A program made the translations under genes and the position numbers. Under the pieces are notes generated by a model. It was not told the origin of the DNA and made no database searches. It was given only the letters and a program-made list of their open reading frames with translations. Shown here one piece after another: positions 10,089-20,329 of a DNA stretch of 64,000 bases; position 1 is the first letter of the stretch, and each line of letters begins with the position of its first letter. Source of the stretch: Chloroflexota bacterium (GTDB taxonomy: Bacteria; Chloroflexota; UBA11872). The stretch spans positions 7,383 through 71,382 of the forward strand of contig JAPOWQ010000032.1 in the NCBI GenBank assembly GCA_026707585.1, read 5' to 3'.

Positions 10089-10448
10089 CTAGGGCGATTC
10101 GGAAATAAGCGTGAAGCCGTTGACCACGCCGTGGTCGATCGGTCCGGCGTGCGCGGTTCGCCAGAACCGGATGAAGGCACGGAGGGCGTCGGGGATGTCA
10201 TCCTGCGCGGCCATGTCGCCCGCCATATCCACGGTCTTCACGGCATCGTCGAGATCTGAGTAGATGTGAATGCTGCCGTAGTCGTATTCGCTTGGCGCCA
10301 GCGCGTGAGTGTCCGCCTTAAACCCACGCAGCAGCAGGATTCGCTCGATGCCCCAGGTTGGCGGTGCTTCTCGAAACGCCTCTTCGAAAGCTGCCGGATC
10401 GGCGTCGTCGCGCAGCTTGTAGAAGCGGATCGACACGTATTGCGGCAT
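10089..10448 (-). CDS. Small hypothetical protein, possibly a Dabb/ABM-like alpha+beta barrel
   Basis: 119 aa. Weak resemblance of its N-terminus (YVSIRFYKLRDDAD..FEEAF) to stress-responsive dimeric alpha/beta barrel proteins. Confidence 0.35.
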   Translation of the reverse strand: MPQYVSIRFYKLRDDADPAAFEEAFREAPPTWGIERILLLRGFKADTHALAPSEYDYGSIHIYSDLDDAVKTVDMAGDMAAQDDIPDALRAFIRFWRTAHAGPIDHGVVNGFTLISESP

Positions 10449-10483
10449 TGCTGAGTCCTTCCCTGAAGGTCTGGATGGGCTAG

Positions 10484-11671
10484 TTACCCCAGGTGCTCGC
10501 GCAGAACCTCGCCGGCGTGCGCGAGGGTTGCCGGGGCCAGAAGGCCGAAGTTGTACACCATCACACGGTCAGGCTCGATCTCGCGCAGCCGACGAGCGCG
10601 CGCAAGCAGGCCTGGGCCATGCGGATCGACCTCGTGGTGCGCGGTCTGATTGACAGTGATTTCAATGTCGGCGCCGGAATCACGCACCATTCGGACCTGT
10701 GCGTCGGCGACCTCAGGGCTATTGGTGGGATCCGAAATCATGAGCGCGCCGATCGTGTTCAGCAAGTCGGCGAGGCGCAGCCCATGGTTGGCCCAGCCCA
10801 GCGAGGCTTCGCTGACACCCACACGTACGCGGCTACGTCGCAGCGCGTGGCGGACGGCCTTCACCAGTCCAACCGCCGACTGCTCACGCGCTTCCAGGTA
10901 GCCGCGAAACTCTTCGTCGGCCTCGCAGCGTTCCGCTACTAGCGTGGGAAGATCCTCATCGGACGCGGTCGAATCCGGCACAGCGTCAAGGCGCTCGCGA
11001 AGTTCGCGGGCCACCGACGAGCGCACGTCCTCGGGATCGACGCCGTGGGCGCGAGCCGCCGACATGGAGTGCTCATTGAAGCAGAGGCCCGCCAGAAACT
11101 GCGTCCATGCATCCATGTACACCAGGATGCGCGGCCGTACCCACCCATAGGCGAAGTCTGGATGGCCCACGTTTTCGAGCGTCAGACCGCTAATTCGGTA
11201 TTGATCGCAAACGTCGGCCAGGAGTGCTGAAATGTACACGTGAATGTCCGGATGGGCCGGGCAGGTCGCCGCGAAACTGCGGTGACCAAAGGCGTTCTCT
11301 ATCGCCGTGTCCGGATAGGCGCGTGCGAGCCACGGCTGAAACATCCCGATGACCCATGCATTCAATTGCATGCCGCGCGCTTCCGCGCCTCGAGAAGTTT
11401 GCTCGTAGACGGCCAGGACATCAGGATCGGAGTGGAGCGCCGGCTTGATCCGGCCAAAGCGCTCGGCTCGGGCGGGAAAGTAGACGGCGCCCTGCTCGGA
11501 ATAAAACTGCGAGCGCCGTCGATTCCGCGGTGAGAAGGTCGATATTGCGTGGTAGTTCGGGCAGAGCTCGATCGCGTCGAAGCCGTGCGCCGCCAGCCAG
11601 TCCAGTGCCGAATCCACGCCTTCGTCGGCCAGGTCCCAGGGATACGCCCAAACGGATAGTCGAGGGGGCAC
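10484..11671 (-). CDS. Hypothetical protein (395 aa), possibly a TIM-barrel glycosidase-like enzyme
   Basis: Coding-like composition; co-oriented with and 35 nt from the 10089 gene. No firm motif. Confidence 0.45.
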   Translation of the reverse strand: MPPRLSVWAYPWDLADEGVDSALDWLAAHGFDAIELCPNYHAISTFSPRNRRRSQFYSEQGAVYFPARAERFGRIKPALHSDPDVLAVYEQTSRGAEARGMQLNAWVIGMFQPWLARAYPDTAIENAFGHRSFAATCPAHPDIHVYISALLADVCDQYRISGLTLENVGHPDFAYGWVRPRILVYMDAWTQFLAGLCFNEHSMSAARAHGVDPEDVRSSVARELRERLDAVPDSTASDEDLPTLVAERCEADEEFRGYLEAREQSAVGLVKAVRHALRRSRVRVGVSEASLGWANHGLRLADLLNTIGALMISDPTNSPEVADAQVRMVRDSGADIEITVNQTAHHEVDPHGPGLLARARRLREIEPDRVMVYNFGLLAPATLAHAGEVLREHLG

Positions 11672-11748
11672 GGTACGCTAACGCTGCTGCGAACGGCTCA
11701 TCCTAGGCTACGGGTTGAGTTGCCATCGCTCTGAAGGAAGACGCCGTA

Positions 11749-12708
11749 GTGAATGTATTGATGGTGGGGTCCGGCAGCATTGCGGGATTCCACTCGCGCG
11801 CCATTCGCGAGTTGGGGCACACCCTGTACCACGTGGTTGGCCGCCGCGAATCGCAGGTTTCGGAGTTTGCCGCCGAGACGGGCTTCGCTCGGCATGGCAT
11901 CGACCTGGAACGCGGGCTGGACGATCCGGAAGTGGACGCCGTCGTCATCACGTCGCCCAGCGACTTCCACCGGGCACACGCCGAGGCGGCGCTGGAACGC
12001 AAGCTGCCGACGCTGCTGGAGATTCCCGTGGCCACGTCGCTGGCCGACGCCGTTGCCGTGCAGGAGGCCGCCCACGCGGCAGACACGCCGGTCATGGCCG
12101 CTCACACACGTCGCTTTCAGCCGGCCATGCTTCACATGCGAGCCCTGGTCGCCGACGGTGAATTGACAGTCCACCATGCGATTCAGCGCTACGGCTTCAT
12201 TCGTCGCCTCAACGTTAACTGGGTCGGCTACCAGCGCAGTTGGACCGACAACCTCATCTGGCACCACGGCGGGCACGCCATGGATGCCTGGATGTGGGTG
12301 CTCGGCGTCACTGAAGCTGAAGTCTCGGCGAAGCTGGGTCCGCCGCATCATCACCTCGGGATCCCCATGGACATTTCCATCGCGCTCAAAACGGCCGGCG
12401 GCCTTGTCGGCAGCATTTCGCTGTCCTACAACACCCACCAGGCCCTTGACGACGCCTTTTTCATCGGCGAGGAAGACACGGTTGCGGCCAACTACGCAAC
12501 GGGGACGCTTGTCGGCAAGGACGGAGTGATCTTCGACGCCGGCATGACCGAGGTGGTGCCGCATGACGTCATCACCGCCCAGGACCGCGAGTTCTTTTCG
12601 GCACTCGACGAGCAGCGAGATCCGAAGCCCGCAATCGCCGACGTCCTGCCCAGCCTGCGCGCCTTGCAAGTCGTTCAGGACATCTACACCGCGGAGTACG
12701 GCGCATGA
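11749..12708 (+). CDS. Gfo/Idh/MocA family oxidoreductase
   Basis: [19 protein letters not shown] Rossmann N-terminus, EKP-like motif region and a C-terminal domain. Confidence 0.8.
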   Translation: MNVLMVGSGSIAGFHSRAIRELGHTLYHVVGRRESQVSEFAAETGFARHGIDLERGLDDPEVDAVVITSPSDFHRAHAEAALERKLPTLLEIPVATSLADAVAVQEAAHAADTPVMAAHTRRFQPAMLHMRALVADGELTVHHAIQRYGFIRRLNVNWVGYQRSWTDNLIWHHGGHAMDAWMWVLGVTEAEVSAKLGPPHHHLGIPMDISIALKTAGGLVGSISLSYNTHQALDDAFFIGEEDTVAANYATGTLVGKDGVIFDAGMTEVVPHDVITAQDREFFSALDEQRDPKPAIADVLPSLRALQVVQDIYTAEYGA

Positions 12709-13646
12709 GTGAAGACAGCCGACCGGGCCGGGTCGTGTATCTCAATGGCGATTGGGTACCCGAGCGCGACGCCGCGATATCCATCTTTGACTCGTCCCTC
12801 GTCTGGGGCGATGCCGTGTTCGAAACGACACGCACCTTTCTGCACGATCCGTTCCGGTTGGACGCGCACCTGGAGCGGCTGGACGCGTCGCTGGGAGCCG
12901 CGGGTGTGCCCTGCGATGTTTCCATGGATGAACTCGCGAGCCTTACCGGCGAACTCATCGACCGAAACCGGGAGGCCTACGACCCCGAAATCGACTTTTC
13001 GATCGTGCACCAGGTTTCTCCGGGAGTCCTGGGGCGCTACCGAGGTTCGGTTGCCCACACCGGCCCCTCGGTATTGATCTACACGTATCCCCTCGACGGC
13101 ATGTTGGGCGAGGTGGCTCACCTCTACGACGAGGGCTTGAATGCCGTCGTTCCGCGACAGCGCGCGATTCCGTCCCGGCTACTGGATCCCAAGATCAAGA
13201 GCCGATCGCGCCTTCACTACCAGGTCGCCAATCATGAAATCGCCGCCCAGGCAGCCGATACCTTCGTGGTGCTGCAAGGCGAGGACGGTTTCATCACCGA
13301 GGGCACTGGCTCTAACTTCTTCATCGTTCGCGGCGGCGAACTGCTGACCTCGCGTGGCCATAGCGTGCTGCGCGGCGTCACCCGCGACACGACCCTGGCG
13401 CTCGCCGGCGAGCTTGGCATTCCCGCGCGCGAGGCTGACTTTGAGCCCTACGACGTGGCCACCGCGGACGAGGCGTTCTTCACCACAACGCCGTACTGCC
13501 TGATCCCTGCCACGCGCTTCAACGGGGAACCAATTGGGGATGGCAACGTCGGAGCGGTCTATCGCCGCTTGGCGGATGCGTTCAGCGAGGACGTGGGCGT
13601 GGACTTTATCGCTCAGGCCAAGCGGTACGCCGAATTGATTGCCTGA
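12705..13646 (+). CDS. Class IV aminotransferase (BCAT/D-amino-acid aminotransferase fold, PLP-dependent)
   Basis: Class IV motifs ([43 protein letters not shown]). ATGA overlap with the upstream dehydrogenase. Confidence 0.75.
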   Translation: MSEDSRPGRVVYLNGDWVPERDAAISIFDSSLVWGDAVFETTRTFLHDPFRLDAHLERLDASLGAAGVPCDVSMDELASLTGELIDRNREAYDPEIDFSIVHQVSPGVLGRYRGSVAHTGPSVLIYTYPLDGMLGEVAHLYDEGLNAVVPRQRAIPSRLLDPKIKSRSRLHYQVANHEIAAQAADTFVVLQGEDGFITEGTGSNFFIVRGGELLTSRGHSVLRGVTRDTTLALAGELGIPAREADFEPYDVATADEAFFTTTPYCLIPATRFNGEPIGDGNVGAVYRRLADAFSEDVGVDFIAQAKRYAELIA

Positions 13647-13711
13647 GCGCTACTTTCTGGACTAACCGAGCGCCGGGCCTTCGGACATGAAGGTCCGGCG
13701 CTCGATTGCCT

Positions 13712-14401
13712 TTAGCCCGCTTCGCTTTCCTGGCCGAGGTTGTGCAGGTAGAAACCAACGCCGGCAGCGAGTAGCCCGCCCACGAGTGGCCCAACCCAGT
13801 AGATCCAGATCGAATCGAAGTTCAGGGCCACAATCGCGGGGCCGAAGGACCGCGCGGGATTCAGCGCGGCCCCGGTCAGGGCTCCACCCACGAGCCAGCT
13901 GGCGGCCAGCGTGAGACCGATGGCAAGCCCGTGAAGACCCTTCGTGGCTCTTCCACTCACCGCGGCGCCAATGATGACCGACACGAGGAAGAACGTGAGC
14001 ACGGCTTCGAGCACCAGCGCCTGTCCCGCGCCGACGTCGGCTCCCGGCAGGGGAAGTCCATAGTGCGTCGCACCCTTGGCGCGAACCGCGGCATGCAGCA
14101 AAGCGCCTACGACCGCGCCGGCAAGTTGCGCCACGATGTAGCCGGGAACTGAGCGCCAGTCGAACTTGCCAATGGCAGCCAGCGCGATGCTGACGGCGGG
14201 ATTAATGTGGCAGCCGGAGGCGGCGCCGATTCCGTAGATCAGGGCGACCAGGATGAGACCGTGAGCTAGGCCGGCGAGCACAACACCGCCGGTACCGCCG
14301 TCAAGCGCTTCAAATGCGACCGCCGCGCTCAGGGAGCCGATAAAGATGAGCGTCAGCGTGCCGACAAACTCGGCCAGCCAGGCGCGTGGTTCATAGTTCA
14401 T
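13712..14401 (-). CDS. MIP-family channel (aquaporin/glycerol facilitator)
   Basis: Two NPA boxes (HINPAVS, LNPARS) and six predicted TM segments. AGGAGG lies 8 nt before the ATG. Confidence 0.9.
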   Translation of the reverse strand: MNYEPRAWLAEFVGTLTLIFIGSLSAAVAFEALDGGTGGVVLAGLAHGLILVALIYGIGAASGCHINPAVSIALAAIGKFDWRSVPGYIVAQLAGAVVGALLHAAVRAKGATHYGLPLPGADVGAGQALVLEAVLTFFLVSVIIGAAVSGRATKGLHGLAIGLTLAASWLVGGALTGAALNPARSFGPAIVALNFDSIWIYWVGPLVGGLLAAGVGFYLHNLGQESEAG

Positions 14402-14560
14402 ACAGTGCCTCCTAGTGTCTATTGACGCATACAGATTCTGCGGATCGGAAACCAGGACGCCCTGTTTTACCAGATTTGCTTCGACCCCGTTATAAATGAT
14501 CTAGCCACGTCTGAAGCTCTCAGAGGTCAGTTAGTGTTGAAAAATCCATGTCCTTCGAGG
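14402..14560 (-). promoter_or_regulatory. AT-rich (~48% GC) intergenic region holding the aquaporin RBS and a putative promoter
   Basis: Local GC drops from ~68% to <50%. It contains a TTGACG/TATAAAT-like hexamer and AGGAGG. The exact -35/-10 assignment is uncertain. Confidence 0.3.
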
Positions 14561-14602
14561 AATGGCGCTAGGCGCGCAAGACTCGCGTGCCCTGCAGAGC
14601 CC

Positions 14603-15802
14603 TCAGATCAACCCTCGCGCTCTTGGCGCCGCCGCGTGATCCCAGGGCGTGATCCACTGCTCATCAATTTCCATGCCCCAGCCCGGCGCGTCATTCGGTC
14701 GGATGTAGCCGTCCTTGGGAACGGCCAGACCTGGGATGGGCCACACCTCTTCCAGCGGTATGCCTGGATCGCTGCCCATCCAGAACTCGGCCATCGGCGA
14801 CTCCGGCATTGAGATCGCAAAGTGCTGTCCCCAGGGCGTGGCGACTGCTGCATGGGGAATCGTGACAGTCCCCGCCGCCTCGCCGATGGTGTAGATCTTC
14901 AGCCCCTCCGAGAGTCCACCGCACCACATCAAATCCGGCTGCAGCACGTCCACGGCCCGGTGCTCCACGAGTTGCCTGAAGGTCCATCGACCGTGGTGAT
15001 CTTCGCCCGTCGCCAGCGGCACCCAATTGATCGCCTTGCGCAGCTCGATGTGCCCCTCGAGGTCTGTCGGTATCAGCGGCTCTTCCAGCCAGCGCAGGTG
15101 GTACGGACGCAATCGCTCGGCCAGCCTGATCGTGAACTCCACGTTGAAGCTCATGACCGGGTTGAACATCAGCTCGGCATCCGGCCCAACGGCATCGCGA
15201 GCCTTGGCAATGTGCTCCTCAACGAGGTTGATTCCGTCAATACCCTCGTCGTAGTGCGCGGGATTCGAGACCTTGAAGCACTTGAAGCCAAGCTCCTGCG
15301 ACCAGTCCAGATCGTCGGAGGTGCAATACACCAGCGCCTTCTCGCGGCAGGGACCCCCAATCAGCGAATAGACGGGCTGTCCGAGCAGCTTGCCCTTGAG
15401 GTCCCACAATGCGAGGTCGATACCTGACTGCGCGACCGTCGCGATGCCGCCCGCGCCAAAACGCTGCGTTGATCGCCACATCAGATCGTTCAGGAACTCC
15501 AGCGCCAGGCAATCCCGCCCCTCCAGCAGGGGCCCAAAGTGGTAGTCGACGAGGGCAGCCACCGGCTCCCCAAAGCTGCACTCGCCCAAGCCCCACGTTC
15601 CATCCTCGGCCGTCACCTGCACCCAGACTCGCTCCCAGGTATTGGCGCCGGGCATCCGGCCGTGCATTCGTGAAAACTCCGGATACTTGTTGATCGGCAG
15701 CGCACGTCGTGCGTGCGAGTTCCAACCCGGCCTTCGAGCCTTCGAGGTCGCGGGTGTTCGCGGAATGTCCAGGTTGACGGCTCGAACCTGCGTGATACGC
15801 AC
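14603..15802 (-). CDS. Enolase-superfamily (MR/MLE) dehydratase, second copy
   Basis: MRITQVRAVNL N-terminus, LWDLKGKLLGQPVYSLIGG, and barrel-domain acidic ligands. Confidence 0.8.
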   Translation of the reverse strand: MRITQVRAVNLDIPRTPATSKARRPGWNSHARRALPINKYPEFSRMHGRMPGANTWERVWVQVTAEDGTWGLGECSFGEPVAALVDYHFGPLLEGRDCLALEFLNDLMWRSTQRFGAGGIATVAQSGIDLALWDLKGKLLGQPVYSLIGGPCREKALVYCTSDDLDWSQELGFKCFKVSNPAHYDEGIDGINLVEEHIAKARDAVGPDAELMFNPVMSFNVEFTIRLAERLRPYHLRWLEEPLIPTDLEGHIELRKAINWVPLATGEDHHGRWTFRQLVEHRAVDVLQPDLMWCGGLSEGLKIYTIGEAAGTVTIPHAAVATPWGQHFAISMPESPMAEFWMGSDPGIPLEEVWPIPGLAVPKDGYIRPNDAPGWGMEIDEQWITPWDHAAAPRARGLI

Positions 15803-15828
15803 GGTGTGGCTTCCTCCGAGGCTGTGGG

Positions 15829-16821
15829 TCAGGCGGCGGCTTTGGACGCGCTAGGTGGACCCTCCGCCTTGATCGCCTCAAGGAGCCCCATCATCTGGCC
15901 GGTCGCCAGGGCTCGGCCGCGGTGTCCCCAGGGCGTGTCGTCCACCATCTTCGGCACGTGGTCGTCGATTAGGAATCCCGTGAAGCCTGCGTGATACAGC
16001 GTGCGCATGGCGGCGGCAATGTCCACGTTGCCTTCTCCAAGAAAACACTCGTTGAAGACCGGAACCGTTCCCTGCACGTCGCGGAAGTGCACGTAGAAGA
16101 GCCGGTTCTCGGCGACAAAGTGCCGCATGGCCGCCAGCACGTCCTCGCCCATCTCCGACCAGCAGCCCATGCAGAAGTCCAGCCCATTGTTGGGGCTGTC
16201 GCCGATCTGCATGGCGCGCTTGAAGCCCTCGAATGAGCGCATCAGGCGAGCCACGCCCCCCAGCGACGGAACGGGCGGGTCGTCGGGATGCAGCGCCAGC
16301 CGCACGCCGCTGGCCTCGGCCACCGGCAGTACGGCATCGGTGAAGCGCACGTAGTTGCGCCACATCTCGTCGGCGGCGAAGGTCCGGCCGTGCGTTGGCG
16401 CCTTGCACGTGACTGTCGACGCGTCGAAGGCTGTGGCCACGGCGCCGCCACGAATCACTTTGGGCTCGGTGCGCCACACGCCGTTGGGCATCCAGTGGTA
16501 GCCCAGGATTGGAATGCCCGCCTCGCCAATATGGCGGACAGTCGCCTGGTAGTTGGCGATCTGACGGTCGGTCCCCTCGAGTCCCAGCATGGCCAGGTCG
16601 TAGAAGTGGTGCGGCACGTTTTCGATGGACTCGATCTTCAGGCCATGGGCCTCGACTCGTTGGCGCAGCCGCACCAGGTCCTCGACTTCCCAGCGCTCCG
16701 CGCCAGGCAGGCGCGGGCTATTGAGCACGATGCCGCTGACCCCCATTTGGGCGGCGAACTGCAGGATGTCCGGTGTGGGCTCGCTGAACTGGCCAGTCGC
16801 GATTCGCATTTCCTCTGCCAT
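15829..16821 (-). CDS. Mannonate dehydratase (UxuA)-like xylose-isomerase-fold TIM-barrel enzyme
   Basis: UxuA-like N-terminus (MRIATGQFSEPTPDILQFAAQMGVSGIVLN) and HWMPNGVWRT motif. Confidence 0.7.
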   Translation of the reverse strand: MAEEMRIATGQFSEPTPDILQFAAQMGVSGIVLNSPRLPGAERWEVEDLVRLRQRVEAHGLKIESIENVPHHFYDLAMLGLEGTDRQIANYQATVRHIGEAGIPILGYHWMPNGVWRTEPKVIRGGAVATAFDASTVTCKAPTHGRTFAADEMWRNYVRFTDAVLPVAEASGVRLALHPDDPPVPSLGGVARLMRSFEGFKRAMQIGDSPNNGLDFCMGCWSEMGEDVLAAMRHFVAENRLFYVHFRDVQGTVPVFNECFLGEGNVDIAAAMRTLYHAGFTGFLIDDHVPKMVDDTPWGHRGRALATGQMMGLLEAIKAEGPPSASKAAA

Positions 16822-16925
16822 GCCGTGCCTCCGACCATCAGCGAGCGTTGCAGGACGACGCGCGTCGAGTGGCTCAGCATGCCACGGAGCCGAGGGCCTA
16901 AGCCCGGACGCGGACGGGGCAGGTT

Positions 16926-18242
16926 TTGTGCGCTGCGCGCCGAAGTTCGGTGGCAGTTATTTCTGGCGGACTGCGTGGCAGAATCGAGCGTCCGCAGCAC
17001 TTGCCTATTCGTCTGATTCTGTGCCACGCGATTGACCAGATAGCCCGCGCGCTCGTCCTGAGCCGTCTGCGCGGCTGGCAATATGGACGACTCGAGCTGC
17101 GCCTGCCCGACGGCACCACGCTGGCTGTCGGCGACCCGGCACGCGGTGGGGTTGCGCGGGCCGAAATTCACGACGACCGTGCCTTTACGCGGATGCTCGT
17201 CGGCGGATCGACCGGCGCGGGCGAGGCCTACATGGACGGACAATGGTCCAGCCCCGATCTCCGTGGTGTGCTGAGCGGGGCGTTGGCCAATGCTCAGCGA
17301 GTCCGGTTGGATGCCGCAATGTCGCTTCCGCGCCGGCTATGTGATTTGTGGCGCCACACCCGCCGACGCAACACCCGCTCGGGCAGCGAACAGAACATCC
17401 AGGCCCATTACGACCTGGGGAACGAGTTCTTTCGGCTGTTTCTCGACGAGTCGCTGGCGTATTCCTGCGCGATCTGGGACGGCTGCGACGATTTGGGCGA
17501 AGCCCAGCAGGCCAAGTTTGACCTCGTCTGCCGCAAGTTGGACCTCCGGCCCGGTGACCGCGTGCTTGAGATCGGCTGCGGCTGGGGCGGGTTCGCCATG
17601 CACGCCGCGCGAACCACCGGATGCCAAATCGTGGGCATCACGGTGTCGCGCGAGCAGTACGAGCTTGCCAGCCAACGCGTGGCTGCCGAGGGGCTGGACG
17701 ACCAGGTGCGCATCGTCTACTCGGACTACCGCGACATCGAAGGCATGTTCGACAAAGTGGTCTCGATTGAGATGTTCGAAGCCGTTGGCCGCGAGTATTG
17801 GGACGAGTACTTCGCAACCTGCGCACGTGTCCTGCGGCCCGGCGGAACCATGCTGTTGCAGACGATCGGTATCCAGGATCGAGATGCCGGCTCGGGAATG
17901 CGCGCCTCGGGCTGGATCAGCAAGTACATCTTTCCGGGAGGCGTCCTGCCCGCGGTGGTAGAGATTCGGCGGTCCGCGCGGCGCGGCGGAAGGGCGCTCG
18001 CGGTTCGAGCCATTGAAGAGATTGGCCCGCACTACGTTCGGACGCTCGACGAATGGCGACATCGCTTCTGGCAGGCTGAAAGGCGCGTGCGGGCGCTGGG
18101 ATTCGACGACCGCTTCATTCGGATGTGGGATTTCTACCTTGCTTCCTGTGCGGCGAGCTTTGAAACCAAGACGATTCGCGACGTTCAGATGTTGATCGAG
18201 CGCGCAGACTCACCCGGGGCAGCCGCGCAGGCTGGTACCTAG
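16926..18242 (+). CDS. Cyclopropane-fatty-acyl-phospholipid synthase family SAM-dependent methyltransferase
   Basis: CFA-synthase motifs (YDLGNEFFRLFLDESLAYSCAIW, VLEIGCGWGGFAMHAA). Exact start uncertain. Confidence 0.8.
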   Translation: MCAARRSSVAVISGGLRGRIERPQHLPIRLILCHAIDQIARALVLSRLRGWQYGRLELRLPDGTTLAVGDPARGGVARAEIHDDRAFTRMLVGGSTGAGEAYMDGQWSSPDLRGVLSGALANAQRVRLDAAMSLPRRLCDLWRHTRRRNTRSGSEQNIQAHYDLGNEFFRLFLDESLAYSCAIWDGCDDLGEAQQAKFDLVCRKLDLRPGDRVLEIGCGWGGFAMHAARTTGCQIVGITVSREQYELASQRVAAEGLDDQVRIVYSDYRDIEGMFDKVVSIEMFEAVGREYWDEYFATCARVLRPGGTMLLQTIGIQDRDAGSGMRASGWISKYIFPGGVLPAVVEIRRSARRGGRALAVRAIEEIGPHYVRTLDEWRHRFWQAERRVRALGFDDRFIRMWDFYLASCAASFETKTIRDVQMLIERADSPGAAAQAGT

Positions 18243-18423
18243 GCTTCAGACCACCGCACCCGAACACCGCATCCGGTCAGTGTCAGCCGCTCATGCGCGC
18301 TGGGGCGCCCCCACTCAGTTGAGAACCCCGGGGTTGCGGCCCGCCCGCGCATCTCGCATCCTCGCCATAGACGTATCCTGGCCGCCGCGCATTCGGCGCG
18401 ACACGTAGGGAGAAGACTGGCTG

Positions 18424-19362
18424 GTGAGGGAAACACGCCTTGAGGCTTCGCCCAAGGGCCTGAAGCTAAGGAAGATCAAGCTGCCGAAGCGTATCGAGCA
18501 GCGCTACACGACTTGGCAGGCGATTCGGAACAACTGGGGCTTCATTGCCCTGCACCTGGGCGTGCTCGCGGCGTTCATCGTGGGCGTCAGTTGGCCGGCC
18601 GTTGTGGCCTGTCTCGGCTTTTACTGGATGCGCGTCTTCTTCATTACGGGCTTCTACCACCGCTATTTTTCTCACCGGACCTTTCAGACGACCAGGGTGT
18701 TTCAAGCGGTCATGGCCCTGCTCGGCACGTTGGGGATCCAGAAAGGACCGTTGTGGTGGGCCGGGCATCATCGCTTCCATCACCGGCACTCCGATGAGGA
18801 GGAGGATGTGCACTCGCCGCTCAAGGGCGGGTTCTGGTGGGCGCACATCGGCTGGCTGCTTGCTTACAACCGCGACGACACGCGCTGGGAAGAAGTCAAG
18901 GACCTGGTCCGGTTTCCGGAGCTTCGCTGGCTCGACCGGTGGTACTTCGGCAGCACCTTGCTCTACGCCGGCGGGACCATAGCGCTGGGTTTCTGGCTGG
19001 AGCGAGCGTTCCCGGCCACCGGCGTCACCTGGCCGCAGGTTTTCGTGTGGTGCTTCCTGGCCAGTACCGTCATGTTGTTGCACACCACCTACCTCATCAA
19101 CTCCGGCGCGCATATGTGGGGCAGCCGGCGCTTTCCCACGAGGGACACCAGCCGCAACAACCTCTTGCTGGCCCTGATCACCCTCGGCGAAGGCTGGCAC
19201 AACAACCACCACCGCTATCCCGGCTCCGAGCGCAACGGCTTCTTCTGGTGGGAAATCGACGTCACCCACTACCTGCTGACTATGCTGAGTTGGACCGGGC
19301 TGATCTGGGACCTGCGGCGGCCTCCGGCGCACGTGTACCGCGAGGGCGCCCGTACGGCTTGA
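18424..19362 (+). CDS. Membrane acyl-CoA/acyl-lipid delta-9 desaturase
   Basis: Three His boxes (HRYFSHR, HHRFHHRH, HNNHHRYP) and TM segments. Confidence 0.85.
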   Translation: MRETRLEASPKGLKLRKIKLPKRIEQRYTTWQAIRNNWGFIALHLGVLAAFIVGVSWPAVVACLGFYWMRVFFITGFYHRYFSHRTFQTTRVFQAVMALLGTLGIQKGPLWWAGHHRFHHRHSDEEEDVHSPLKGGFWWAHIGWLLAYNRDDTRWEEVKDLVRFPELRWLDRWYFGSTLLYAGGTIALGFWLERAFPATGVTWPQVFVWCFLASTVMLLHTTYLINSGAHMWGSRRFPTRDTSRNNLLLALITLGEGWHNNHHRYPGSERNGFFWWEIDVTHYLLTMLSWTGLIWDLRRPPAHVYREGARTA

Positions 19363-19378
19363 GTGTGAGTTGACATAA

Positions 19379-20284
19379 ATGCGCGTCGCCGTCAGCGGCT
19401 CGACTGGGCTGGTTGGTGCGGCGCTGGTTGACGAATTGCGCGCCGGCGGCCACGAGGTCGTGCGACTGGTGCGCCCGGCGACCCGTCTTCGAGATGCAGG
19501 CGATGTCGCCTGGGATCCGAACGCGGGGGACATCGACAAGGCTGCCCTGGAAGGCACGGATGCCGTCGTGCATCTGGCCGGCGAGACGATCAGCGCCCTT
19601 CGCTGGACCGCCGACAAGCGCCGGCGAATCCGCGAGAGCCGCGTGCGCGGAACCGACCTGCTGGCGCGCGCCGTTGCGGGCTTGTCGCGCAAGCCCCGGG
19701 TTTTCGTGTGCGCCGGCGCGACTGGCTACTACGGTGACCGCGGCGACGAGATTCTGGATGAAACAAGCGACCCGGGACAGGGATTTCTACCCCGTGTGTC
19801 CGTCGAATGGGAAGCCGCAACACGGCCCGCCGCTGAAGCCGGTGTTCGAGTTGCGATTGCCCGCTTGGCGCCCGTCATCGATGCCCGATCGCCCGTCGTA
19901 GCCCGAATGCGGCTGCCCGTGATGCTGGGGCTGGGCGGTTGGTTTGGACTCGGCCGGCACTTTTGGCCCTGGGTCGCGTTGGACGATGTCGTGGGCGTCT
20001 TCCGCCTGGCGCTTGAACGGGAGACGCTCAGCGGTCCGATCGTCGTGGCGGCGCCCGAGACGGTGACCAACCGCGAATTCGTCAAGACCATGGGCCGGGT
20101 GTTGCGCCGGCCGGTGCTGCTGCCGGTACCTTCGCCGATCCTGCGAGCGGCGCTCGGCGACTTCGCGCGTGAGGCATTGCTCTCCAGCCAGCGCGCGGTC
20201 CCGCAAAAGCTGCTCGATGCTGGCTACGAGTTTCGCCAGCCACGCCTGGAACCGGCGTTGCGCGCGGCAGTCCGATCAGGCTAG
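19379..20284 (+). CDS. TIGR01777-family NAD-dependent epimerase/dehydratase-like protein (YfcH-like, C-terminal DUF1731)
   Basis: MRVAVSGSTGLVGAALVDEL N-terminus and conserved C-terminal region. Confidence 0.7.
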   Translation: MRVAVSGSTGLVGAALVDELRAGGHEVVRLVRPATRLRDAGDVAWDPNAGDIDKAALEGTDAVVHLAGETISALRWTADKRRRIRESRVRGTDLLARAVAGLSRKPRVFVCAGATGYYGDRGDEILDETSDPGQGFLPRVSVEWEAATRPAAEAGVRVAIARLAPVIDARSPVVARMRLPVMLGLGGWFGLGRHFWPWVALDDVVGVFRLALERETLSGPIVVAAPETVTNREFVKTMGRVLRRPVLLPVPSPILRAALGDFAREALLSSQRAVPQKLLDAGYEFRQPRLEPALRAAVRSG

Positions 20285-20329
20285 GTCCTGGGTGCTGCCG
20301 GTGAGTTTCCGCCCTCGGCCAGCGGTGCC

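Noticed and set aside
14603-15802. Possibility that the second enolase-superfamily gene starts at a downstream Met (MHGRMPGANTW)
   Set aside because: MRITQVRAVNL at 15802 matches the canonical MR/MLE N-terminus (MKIT.V...), so the full-length ORF is kept.
18466-19692. 408-aa minus-strand ORF
   Set aside because: It is antisense to the desaturase and TIGR01777 genes, has Arg/Pro-rich composition and no motifs.
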